Positions 39,601-50,787 of a stretch of 64,000 nucleotides of DNA are shown piece after piece. Numbering within the stretch: the stretch's first letter is position 1; the number at the start of each line of letters is the position of its first letter. The DNA lies in the NCBI GenBank assembly GCA_023515725.1, contig JALDTO010000300.1, forward strand, positions 1 through 64,000, in the 5' to 3' direction. A program made the translations under genes and the position numbers. The notes below the pieces were generated by a model that had not been told where the DNA came from, made no database searches, and worked only from the letters and a program-made list of their open reading frames with translations. The stretch comes from Amoeboaphelidium protococcarum X5. Its lineage: Eukaryota > Fungi > Aphelidiomycota.

Positions 39601-41217
39601 TCATCTCTTTTTGCCCTTGGATACCTTCTACTTTCTCTTTTTCACTGCTTTGGGCATCTTAACGAGACGCCTCTCACGCTTGGCCTCTTTCACGGCCTTC
39701 TTGTTCAACTTCCTTGCTTCTTTCACTTACTCTGCAGTCGGTGCACTTACATAATCAAAATGCTTCGCTTTCATATCATCTCCCGATTCAATGTCACTTT
39801 CAGAGTCTGATCGAGTGCAGTTATCGTCATCCTCCTCCTCCTCCCCTTCACTGTCGCTACAAGAGTATTCTGACGAATAAAGAGTATCTGAGTCCGAGTC
39901 GCTGTCTGAAGCATCCACCAGGTCCTCGCCCATCACTTTGGCCAATAAATCCTACTAATTCTACTTTGGAAGAACTATACCACAAAAGTTTTAGTACGAT
40001 AACGCGTCGACACCTTACTCCTTTGCTTTATTGATCTCCTTCTCCACATTCACTATATCACCTAATGTACGTGGAATGTAACTTTTTAGAAATACTTGAT
40101 CAGATTCTGCATCATCACCTTCCAAACCGCTTCTAGATTTACGGCGCTCAATGTGCTACTAAATAAACGACTCCATCAAATCATCAAAATCAGTACCATC
40201 AAAAGCAATACCGCCAGCTAGAGATAGTTGACTTAGAGTCACAAAATCAAATAATTCTCTCAGACTAAACATATGTTCCACTCCTTATTTACTAAAGAAC
40301 TCACAAACATTAACGCAGTCTTTACGCAGAAACTCTAGAGAATTGGGATGATCATGCTCCACCGACTGAGACACGTCAATCATGTAAACTACGCCTTCAT
40401 GTACAAGTAGATTGTACTCGCTCAAGTCGGCGTGCACCAGTCTACACTACTAAAATAGCTTTCGCATCTATTTGACCACCTGCCAGTAGAGTGCAGTTGC
40501 CAGCGGTTGATCCAACTACGCATCTTTCAATCTAGGAGCAGCAATACCAGACTAGGTGCCTACAAAGGTCATCACCAGAACGTGACCTTTCAACACGAGT
40601 GGTTCAGGCGACGGGATACCACAGCTATTCAACCTCTTCAAATTTCTAAACTCCTTCTCTGCCCAGACTTTGACCATCTTACGAGGATTGTGCTTGCTAT
40701 AACCAGACTTGAATCTATGCTCACCCGTGACATAGCGATCGCGATCTTTGAACGTGAGGATGGAAGTTTTATAAATTTTTATCGCTCTCTACTGACCACA
40801 CTCAGTCACGGCATGGTACACGTTGGCCTCTTTGCCAGTACTCACACAGCCATTAATCTCGAATAGATCGTTCTTGTTGAGCATCTTAAAGAGGATCAGA
40901 CGCGTCCTCGGATCCAGACATTGCTCCACCGTGGCTCTATCCGATTTATCGACAATTCTCCTATCTTACTGAGATATATCAGACTTTTCCAGATAGTTTC
41001 TAGCAGAATGCGATAGATTGATCCTGTTCATGTACTTGCTCTCCAACGCCAATGTCTCGCTGTCATGATGCTTATAACTCTTGTTATGGAACGCGATATC
41101 ATCTTTGCCATCAGCAATTTACGCCTTGCTCATCTTTGCCTACGTTTATTCCAACTCATCATCATAATCGCTCTCACAATCACTGAAATTATTCAACTAT
41201 TTATTCTGATTGACCAT
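39601..41217 (-). CDS. RIO1: Atypical kinase Rio1
   Basis: [101 protein letters not shown]; ends TGA TGA. Confidence 0.97.
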
Positions 41218-41635
41218 GGTATGATAAGTGTTTAAGCAAAGTATGTTACTCTACCAGGATGAAGAGTGAAAATCAATCAAAGCGCGACAAAGTATATCAT
41301 TGCCAGCGTAACTCGATCAACTTCACTAAACAAGGACAAGTACGCTATTGAAACGCATCACTAAGATGAGATAATTAATGTGAAAGTCTTCTTTGAGTAT
41401 CGGAGTTAAAATACTAAACATTACTGTATATAAAACATTTACACATATATTACCCATGAACCGCGTCTATTAGAGACGTTGACTGTCTGTCCAGTAATGA
41501 AGATTGAGGCGTTAGCGAGTGATTGATGATCAGGATTTCGTCGCCTCTATTCTTATAAGGATATTAAAGGAATTATGATATAAAATATAAAAATAATAGA
41601 ACTTTATCATCTAGAATTGAGGTTTCCAGGCTTGA

Positions 41636-42006
41636 CTATAGTCTTCCAGTAACACAGCTTATTCAGTGTCGTCAACATCTTCCGATGTGTGCACTGAACT
41701 TGCTATCATGAGCCTCAGCGAGAATCTTCTCTCTCATGGCTGCAAATCTTCGCACGACCCAGATTTGTCAATCATCAGTAGTCAACCATCAGCTAAAAGA
41801 CGGTAATTCGTGTACAATGTCACAATTAATGGCAGCCGTAGCGCAGCTCTATCTGGAATAGTCTCTCGTCCTCTCTGCTGTATACGTTGTTGCTCGCGCA
41901 GATGTTGTCTCTGCCTCAGCACTCTCTTTCTTCTTGAGCACAAATTCTTCCGACTTCATGCTATTCTCCTTAAGCCTACAGCCTTGCAGAGCGTCTTGGC
42001 GGCATT
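41636..42006 (-). mobile_element. Decayed Ty3/gypsy-like retrotransposon fragment (integrase zinc-binding region)
   Basis: QIWVVRRFAAMREKILAEAHDSKFSAHIG followed, after a frameshift, by LNKLCYWKTI. Upstream broken ORF starts MPPRRSARL. TGA stops and frameshifts; no LTRs seen. Confidence 0.5.
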
Positions 42007-42694
42007 GCTGATAAAAATTGATTTTTTGACACCAAAACGGGATTGCATTATGATTTCATCCCACACAGTGATTTTGTAAGACAGCATTTAAGTATAGGTC
42101 GAGCCATGACCATTTTCATTAAACACTCGTTAAAGCATCGATTACCAGCAACAAGCTTGACTATGGTGTCTCTGATGAATTAAAGGTAATCTTTACTAAC
42201 GGTAACTTTATGAGTTTAATGTTATGGTGGTACTGCAACTGTTAATCAGCACGTTCAGCCTCCAATAAGCGCCCCTCCATTATCTCGGAAGCAGTTCATA
42301 ACTTGCCTAATGCAGCCCAATACTTTCAACAGGCATGGATCTTTGGAATATGCATTTTCAAGTCTAAGCCAAATTTCGTCTCGTCCAAAAGCGGTATGTA
42401 GGTAACAAAAAGAAATACCAGAGACACACCTTACCCCTACTGTATGTGGGAGAACTAAAAATTTGAATCAGATCAGCCTTCACCGTAGCGCCGAAAGAGA
42501 GAGAACGAATCCAGCTGATAACATCCAGTTCAAAGCAAATCTAAAACTAGTCCGCAACTAGACGCGTTTTAGATGTAAGTACTGTAAATGAAAGGTTAAA
42601 AGATTATAAATATTTCTTGTATTATTTCAACCTGAAAACCCAATGATATTAGTAATAATTATGACGATTATGAAAAAGATCTATTGCGATACGA

Positions 42695-43537
42695 TCAGCT
42701 GACCATAGCAGAAGCAGTGGAGCTCTCATACTTCCACGTTGGAGGCAACTGACCGGAAGTCTTGTAATAACGAGACAGACGGTGGATCTTGCTCTCAATC
42801 AAAATCAGACGGAACTTGGAATCCTTATCCTTACGATTACGCTCCAAGTGCTTGCGGACACTCACAGCCTTCTTGATCAAGTGGTACAGATCCTCTGGAA
42901 TCTCTGGAGCAAGTCCTACAAAACAAATGATTATAGATGTTAATATAGAATGTTATTAGTATAAGTATGAGCATGTTAAGACTTACCGCTAGACTTTAGG
43001 ATACGCACAATCTTGTTACCAGTGACATTCTTGACCTGAGGAATTCCGTGTTGGTCACGCAGCAGAACACCAATCTGGGATGGAGTCAGACCTTTACGAG
43101 CCAACTTACGGATCATGTCAACCACCTCCTCATTGGTCACCTTGCTCCATGACGGAGGAGTGCGACGGTAAGGCAAAGCAGAGTCAGAGATACCCTTTCT
43201 ACAAGAATCGAAAATACACCGAGGATATAATCAGAATCTATTATAATCATCATAAATATTCAGAGATACACTGAGCGGAATCAGAAACACACACACTATA
43301 TACAAGTGTGTACTGAACTCATATGCACTCACAACTAATTAGTCATCAACATCTAAAATATTATTAGAAGTACGCGCCATTAGGGTACTACTAATACGAT
43401 AGTATGAGGAAGAAGTTGGGCATCAGTAGAGACGCGTCTTGACTTACAAAGAGCACCAGCTAGTGCCCCATTCCAACTCAATGTATCTCTGAATAAATAA
43501 ATCACAAGTCTTACCCACGATTTTGCATACGACCCAT
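42695..43537 (-). CDS. RPS13: 40S ribosomal protein S13 (uS15), 3 exons (introns 43199-43514, 42916-42986)
   Basis: [25 protein letters not shown]...[17 protein letters not shown]...[47 protein letters not shown]. Confidence 0.98.
43257..43495 (-). repeat. Long inverted repeat (RNA stem) inside RPS13 intron 1
   Basis: 43257-43270 TATTCAGAGATACA is the exact reverse complement of 43482-43495. Pairing extends to about 25 bp (43257-43281 with 43470-43495), including a G-U pair on the transcribed strand. Confidence 0.85.
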
Positions 43538-43786
43538 TTTGACTGATTATTATATTAATCTTTTTAATGCTGTATATAACTGTAAGAAACACTGTGAAAA
43601 GGCGAGGGAACGCGTGAAGAAGAAAATAGTGATAAAACTGTCTGCAACCTTAACCGGAAAGCGCGTCATTCAGCGAGACGCGTCAGAGCGAATGGTGGCA
43701 ACAAAATGCTTGGACTTATGAGAGGTGGTGCAATAGTGAAAAGAACTAGCAAACTTTATTAATTGTAACAACAACAACAACTTCGA

Positions 43787-45424
43787 TCAAATGTCAGAGA
43801 TTTCATGGTATCCGTACTTTTACACCTAATAATAATTTCGCGCTATATCGTAAATTAGCTTGATTACAACTATAACCGCTACATAGATTGAGAATACGAT
43901 AACAGCATCTTGCATCTTGAATTAGAACTGCGTTGCTTTTCCCCGAAACTTGAAAGCGTACGGCACCTAGCCTTAGTATTCAATATTCTTCTGCATATCC
44001 AGTAATGTCTATATTGCCGAATCAGATACCGATCGATTGCCGCCCTGGATATAGTTACCGACCATAACTGATTTGCTGTGTGTCTGCAACAAGTGCTTGA
44101 CTTGCGACATGTTGAGAGATGAATTTGCCTATAACATCTGTGCGACAATTCCAACAACGACGGGGGTGGCCATCGATGTGTCACTCAACTTGCCATAATG
44201 ATCATTGCGCGGCCTGTAGGCACTCAAGATCTTCTCACCGGGAGCATAAATATCCACACACTTGCCATAATTCGAGAAGGAGGAACGCGTGCCAGATGCT
44301 CCAATACTTCCGACAGTAATGGCATGCTCACTCAGCGCGGGACTCTGAGTACAAGCATCTTTATTGTTATTACCAGCGGCGACAACGGTAATGATGTTCT
44401 TCTTCTCCTTGAGCAATAACAACGCCTTGTCTAATGCCGAGTGTTGATTACTAACCGGAGAGCCGAGGGACATGTTGATTATGGCGCGTTTACCCTCATG
44501 ATCATGCCTATAAATTGCATCTAATGCGGCTAATACTTCCGAATTATCACCCTATCCAGATTTCCCAAGCACTTTTGATCCATAAAGAAGAACATTTTTA
44601 GACAGGCCAACAGTCTCACCTCCAATTGTTCCCGCGACGTGTGTACCATGACCATTACAATCAACCAGAGTTTAATCACAGTCATCTTTATACTGATCAG
44701 ACACAAAGAACATTGACGCCCTGCCTCCAAACTGCTCATGATGAACATTGATTCCAGTATCAACAACGTGTACAATAACATCATTACCAGTCATTGCATA
44801 ACGATAGAAATAAGGATCAGCTAATGAGAAGTCTCTTCCCTAAACTTTCGACAGATGATAAGTGTCATCTCCAATGTATTGGAAGTGGCGATGTACAACT
44901 CTCTTGAGACAATCATCCGGACTCTGGCAACCCTAATCTACAGAGTCGTTATAATTGAACTCTACAGGCATGAATTAACGGACACTTTAAATACTACGAA
45001 GAACACGCTCCGCATGACTCTATTTAAGATCTTTATGCACTTTCAATATCTAAATCTGACCATCGAATAATTATTGCAACTTGAAAGCATTTTCACTTCT
45101 GGACTCTCCCAAGCCAAATAAGTAGATCGCATCAGAGCGTACAAAGTAGGGCCCCGACGGATTAATCAGCACAGAGGCAATAGCTCTCTACAAATCATAG
45201 ATGTTTCTTTCCGATTGCCAATGATTCGCAGTGTATATAAGAGAGTAGTAACCATCTTTGTCAGGTGCAGAGAGCGTTGCCTTCGGGAATTTATGATGAT
45301 CATCCTTGTCGCCTCGGACACCAAAATAGCCGAGAGTGGAGGAGTAATCTCGCAATTTTATGATATCCAACGCCAAAATCTATTCAATAAGACAGTATAT
45401 AGCAATTACAAGCAATGAGATCAT
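43787..45424 (-). CDS. Proteinase K-like subtilase (S8) with signal peptide and C-terminal TM anchor, ~545 aa
   Basis: MISLLVIAIYCLIEQILA leader; triad VVDTG / DCNGHGTHVAG / SDTSMATP; INMSLG, AAGNNN, FSNYGKCVDIYAPG; TM AVIVFSIYVAVIVVIKLIY; tail YGYHEISDI. Confidence 0.9.
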
Positions 45425-45814
45425 TTTAAATTATTCAATAGATTTTGAATTTATTAATTTGAATACAACAGGAAGCGAAATGGCAAAGTCCGACACTCTT
45501 TAATATCAGACAATTGCCCCCCTGATTGTCTGGCCTCGTTCATTTGTCAGAAGAGAATAAGTAACAGTGAGCATCTTCACGCGTTATTACCTGTCTACAA
45601 CTGCAATATGTTGCCATCAGATTTCTGGGGCGCCATCAAGTTAAATATGGACGATAGATAGATACTTTAGAGACGGACATGCAAACCTCCACAATTGAGT
45701 TTGTCCAGTGAATTTGAGTGTTGATATTGAGGATGAGCCAATTGCAACAATCCACAATTAGCAAAAATTACTAAAACAACCGATGATCAATTAGAGTAAT
45801 AATATTTATTCATT

Positions 45815-47380
45815 TCATTTAGTTGTGTGCTTAGACTTGGCCTTCTTGACTGCTTTGTCGGCACCTTCACGCTTGCCGTAGCCATAATTCTCCAGCTGTC
45901 CCTTTTAGTTGGGGTCCTTCAAACGCTCAAATGCCTGAATGGCGCGATCTCTTGCCATTGAATGATCAACAATTTTTGGGTAATATCCAATCTCCTGAAT
46001 CTTCTTCATACCTAAATGCTTTTGTGGATCATGGATAGCATTATTGTCAGAGATGCATCTCAACTCTGGGATCCACTTGCGGATGTAATCACCATCGGGA
46101 TCGAATCTCTAAGCCTATAACAGCGGATTGAAGACTCTGAAGAACGGCTAACCATCGCAGCCTGTAGAAGCTGACCATTACCAGCCACCATTATTGGACG
46201 CCAAGTCGCAATCAATCAGATTCTGAGAAAAATACTTCTCTCCCAACATCCAATTGTGCAGCAGATCCTTCACCAGAAATGACGCCACAATCATTCTGCA
46301 TCTATTGTGTAGCCATCCAGTCTAATTCAGTTATCTCATAGCGGCATCCACTATCGGATAGCCAGTCTTACCTTGACACCATTTCTCGAATGTCTTTTCA
46401 TCGTACAGCCATTCTACACGCTCAGTCTCTAATCTGAACGGTCGGTTCATACTTACACGCGGAAATGCAACCAGAACGTGGCGGAAGAACTCTCTCCACA
46501 CCAGCTCCTGAATCCAGTGCACAACTCCATCATTACCACTATCAAAAGAGTCACCATTACGAGACATGGCCTCCACAATACATTATTTGTTAGACAGCAC
46601 CCCAATCGCCAGATATGGGCTGAGACGACTTGTACTAGGCTCCCCAGGGAAATCACGTCTCTTCTTATACACTTCAATGCGCTCATCGCCAAACTTCTTC
46701 AATCTCTTTTACGCCTCACTCTCACCAGCTGGAAACTCCTTCAACAGTGTCGAACGCAGCTCTTTATCCAACGCGAATCCAGGCAAACTATCCGGCACAC
46801 CATCTGGCTTGATGTCAGTCTGATTCTTGAATTTATCAACAGTGAAAACATCCAAAAGATGCTGATTATCATACACATACTACTACCATGCTTTACGAAA
46901 AGGTGAGTATACGGAGAACATAGTATCATTAGATTTGCTCCGTAAAACACCAGGTGGGACAACAATCTAATCATCAAAACGACTCACTTATACTCCAGCA
47001 GAAGATAACATGTTCTCAGCCTTTGCATCGCGCCTGTGCTCATCGATTTCATACTGGTTATTAAAAAACAGGTGGCCAATATCAAGCTTGCTAACCAGCG
47101 ATTACAAATGGTCAAAGACACCAGATTTGGTTTCAGCTATACGAACAAGAAGCGGAATATTGAAACTGGTGTACAGCGACTAAGAGAGAATCTTCAAATT
47201 ACGCAACATAAAGTCCACTTAATGTGGGGATCTATCATGCTACTTATCTTCCTCTGGAGACATAATGACGCATGCAAAAACATTAGCGGAGTCCTTTTTA
47301 GCCTTGGACACTGCATGATATAGAGCAGGATTATCCGCGATCCTCAGATCATTGCGAAACCAAACCAAAACATTCTTCAT
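45815..47380 (-). CDS. PHR1: Class I CPD DNA photolyase
   Basis: [104 protein letters not shown]. Confidence 0.96.
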
Positions 47381-47506
47381 ATTTACGTGTGAATTATATA
47401 AACTATTCACTAAGAGTAAACTATTGAAATGAAAAGCAAAGAGAAAAGAGAGGGATACGTAATAACAAATGCAATAATGATCACTTTCCATTACAATGAC
47501 GTCAGA

Positions 47507-48471
47507 TCAACACAAACGAAGTTCCAGCGCGTTGGCTTTCAGTTTCAGGTCGTCGCGCAATTTGGTTTGATCAACTTTGCCCATTTGAGGCAATGATAGC
47601 GTATACGGATAGAACATCAAACCCTGTTAACTATAAAAAACCAGTTTACAGAGGGGGAGAGACGGACTTGTGATTTGAGAGTCTGTTTAAGTACACTTGG
47701 ATTCAGAGAGTACTGGTTACGGGCGCGGATCAGCATTGATATTGATGCGTTTAGAATCCATAGACCGACTTTGTATCTATGAAGATGCATGTGAGGATTA
47801 AGCCTTGTGCCTCTTGTTATGTGAATCTAATGATAAGGGCCTAACATCGGTTCTCTTTTATGACTCGACGTGTGTAAGTACGGGCATACTTTGCGGATTA
47901 TTATGCTCTATCTCTACGTGTTATCGCATAAACTGCGAATCGCCTAATAATATACGCACACGTAGTCGTTTATTCCATTTATACGCAGGCGGCAATTACT
48001 TTCTATCCCAAGTCTTCTGCAGCTGTACCACTTGTTCATTTCTCGCGTAATACAGCCCAATACCTTATTTAAACTCGCGCATTCCAACGATAACGCCGTG
48101 TTGTGAAAACAGATCGAACCAAGTGTCCACAGGCTCATCGCGAGGCAAATCTGTAATCTCACATTTAGGTAGCTTCCTTAAAATCGCATTATCAAAAGCC
48201 ACAGTCAGCACATTGTCTTGGTATTTAAATCCATCATACTATTATATAGCGTTGTAAGCCTACAGTACTTCAAGGGAGCGAGCGATACACATATGATATA
48301 TTCCTAGAATGATCCATGATATCTTACCATACTAAATGAGTCAAATCCAACACAGGCTTCCACATAACTTTGACTTGCGCGTATTGTGCATCTAAGAGCA
48401 TTGTTATTGAACAGGTCCATCACATTTTGACGCGTTGTTGTCAGCGGCAAATTCTTTATGAAGATATTCAT
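47507..48471 (-). CDS. Divergent tandem-RRM RNA-binding protein (~298 aa), 2 exons (intron 48260-48327)
   Basis: MNIFIKNLPLTTTRQNVMDLF (RNP2), ACVGFDSFSMAYNAIQQYDGFKYQDNVLTVAF, second repeat EITDLP...FDLFSQHGVI; GTAAGA...CTGTAG intron. Absent from the ORF track. Confidence 0.75.
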
Positions 48472-48723
48472 CACTGTCCGTCAGCCCGATTATAACATAA
48501 AGTCTAAACACTTGTAAAAAATCATAAAAGAGATATAAAAATTATAAAACCATAGCATACACCGTAAGAACAAGTGGCAACAATAAACGAAATTAAAACC
48601 ACTTAAAAATTGCACAATATTCCCCAGACATTTATAAACTACAGCATAGACTATATATATATTCGATTTGTAAGAAAGTTATTCTTCGTAAGGTGCACCG
48701 TTAATCTTTGTAATATCATTATA

Positions 48724-50208
48724 TCACCCTCGGCGTCTTCTTCTAGGACCAGGCATAGAGCTACATATACCAGAGTTTTTCTCTGTACTAGACAAGTGTC
48801 TCTTCAATGAGATGTTGAATCCAAAGTATGATCCACAAATCTCACATCTGAAATCAGACAATCCATGCTCATGGAATGAGTGAGAGCGCCATAATTCTTT
48901 AGATGGAAATTTTAAATCACACGATTAACACAGATAGTCATTTCCCACTTTTACGGCATTCAACGCCTGGTACGGCTAAGAATCCATAGGAGATGCGGAT
49001 CGTTTGAGACTCTCAGAAGACAATACCGCGTTCATATCACTCAACTGCGATCCACTGACAGACCTCTAATGGTCGATTATTGACTGATTCAAAATTTGCA
49101 TACTTTAAATATGACTAGGCACTTATTATCCACGATCCTAAGGAGGTATAAAAGGTATTTGACTCATACTCTGCATTGGAGTTGAGGCATAACGAGGAAG
49201 AGGTACATATGCAGCATGGCTCATTTATGCATTGACGCGACCATGTCCAGTTCCAAATAGCAAATCATTACTTCTCGCTCCAAAATAAGAACTCTAAACT
49301 TGTATACTGTGTGAATCTATAAACATATCTTAACTAACGTTCTACTATGCGTGGTGATTAGTGGCCACATGCTAACGGCCACTCTTTGCATTTAAATTAT
49401 CATCGCCAGATGTCTTTAGTGCCTAGCTAGACTTTGATGAGACACTGGCCTATGAAGTTTGTAAGGATGGGAATTCCACGTGAGGGGACAGCATTGGCGG
49501 AGACATTAAAGTAGGAGATGAAACTAATTTATGTTAATTAGTCGCCGCCTACCCAGTAACATTGACTGCGCCGATTAGTTCAGAGATACTAGGAAGAGAT
49601 TACGCTTTACTATACGTTGTCTTGTCACTCATGTGAGTATCAGTGCTCTACCGAGACAGCTACAGCATCATAGTCGCAGCATTATTATCTTCATTTTATG
49701 CAACATGAGGGTAGTACCTCGAGTGGTTGTACCTTGTGACTATAGGACTAGCCGTCGGAAATCTAGAAATCCCAGATATTCTTGAATCCACAGAGTCTCC
49801 GGTATTAGCAGCCTTGAGCAGCGGTGGAAGAGAGTAAGTACCTGCAGCATCTGCAGACTTTACAGAATTCTATGTGTACGGAGAGCGAGGCGATGTGGAT
49901 GAGACAATGTCTGGCATTGATTAAACATCTGCAGCGATCCTCTTCCCGGCCGCCACTGTGGGATCGGCGTCAGTTTCCTTGCTCGCCATGCGGTCCCGTT
50001 CAAGCTGAAACATGGGCTCCCTAGTACTATCGCTATTATTATTAATGTTCTAAATAGTGGTAGTAGTAGTAGCAGTAGAGGATTTCTATTATTACTTGGA
50101 TGATAATAATAATAATGAATGATTAGCCTCCGCTTACTCTCCTTTGTAAATATTAATATTATTCTTCTTCTTCTTCTCCTCCTCCTTCTCACTGCGGACA
50201 ATGTCCAT
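48724..50208 (-). CDS. C2H2 zinc-finger transcription factor-like protein, ~494 aa
   Basis: Open under table 6. Low-complexity body with LPSISEL, then YLCQSCDLKFPSKELWRSHSFHEH-GLSD-FRCEICGSYFGFNISLKRH...C and a basic tail PRRRRG-TGA. Confidence 0.8.
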
Positions 50209-50416
50209 TGATGATGTCTGACAGAAATGGGGTCTCTATTTGATATTGTTGTTGTTGTTGTTCTTGTTGCTGTTGTTTACACTCAAGATAAAAATAGCAA
50301 GCTCAGGACCCGGGAAGCAAAGAGTAGCTTGGTTGATTGACACTACGCATCTTAAAAGGTAACAGATGTAAACAAAAGGATCGCGATTAATTTTCAAGCA
50401 GACTTAATACGATGTT

Positions 50417-50490
50417 AAATTTGACGTTCGTGTTCTAAAATGATTTCAAATTTGACGTTCTCACGTTTGGTGCGTTATCGCTTGACGTGA
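50417..50490. promoter_or_regulatory. Repeated TGACGT (CRE-like) elements in the divergent zinc-finger/SHPRH promoter
   Basis: 13-bp direct repeat AAATTTGACGTTC at 50417 and 50448, plus TTGACGTGA at 50482. Confidence 0.35.
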
Positions 50491-50787
50491 CGATGTTGCA
50501 TAGTACTACTCTGTTGATTTCACATCAATTGTGCAAAATAATGTTGCAATTGTACTTTAATTACCTCGTCTGTAGTGCAGTGTGGTTGCCGTTGTTGCGT
50601 TTATAATTGATCTCAATCTCTAAAACACTCAAATCTTCCATTATATCGACTTTACGTCATTTCCTTTGATCAATCGCCTCCATCGTTCTCGTCGTTGTTT
50701 TCTTTTTCAGATTTCCTTTTGGCTTTTTAAGAGCAGTGCCGACCTGTCAGCCTGTTTAGTAGGTAATAGTAACGCTTATTATATACG

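Noticed and set aside
43281-43348. U14 snoRNA, which vertebrate RPS13 introns host
   Set aside because: The U14 18S-complementary domains are not present; only generic C/D-like boxes.
49020-49740. Apparent plus-strand pseudogene with a CHSC...H zinc-finger-like stretch
   Set aside because: It contains several TGA stops and is the antisense shadow of the intact minus-strand zinc-finger gene.
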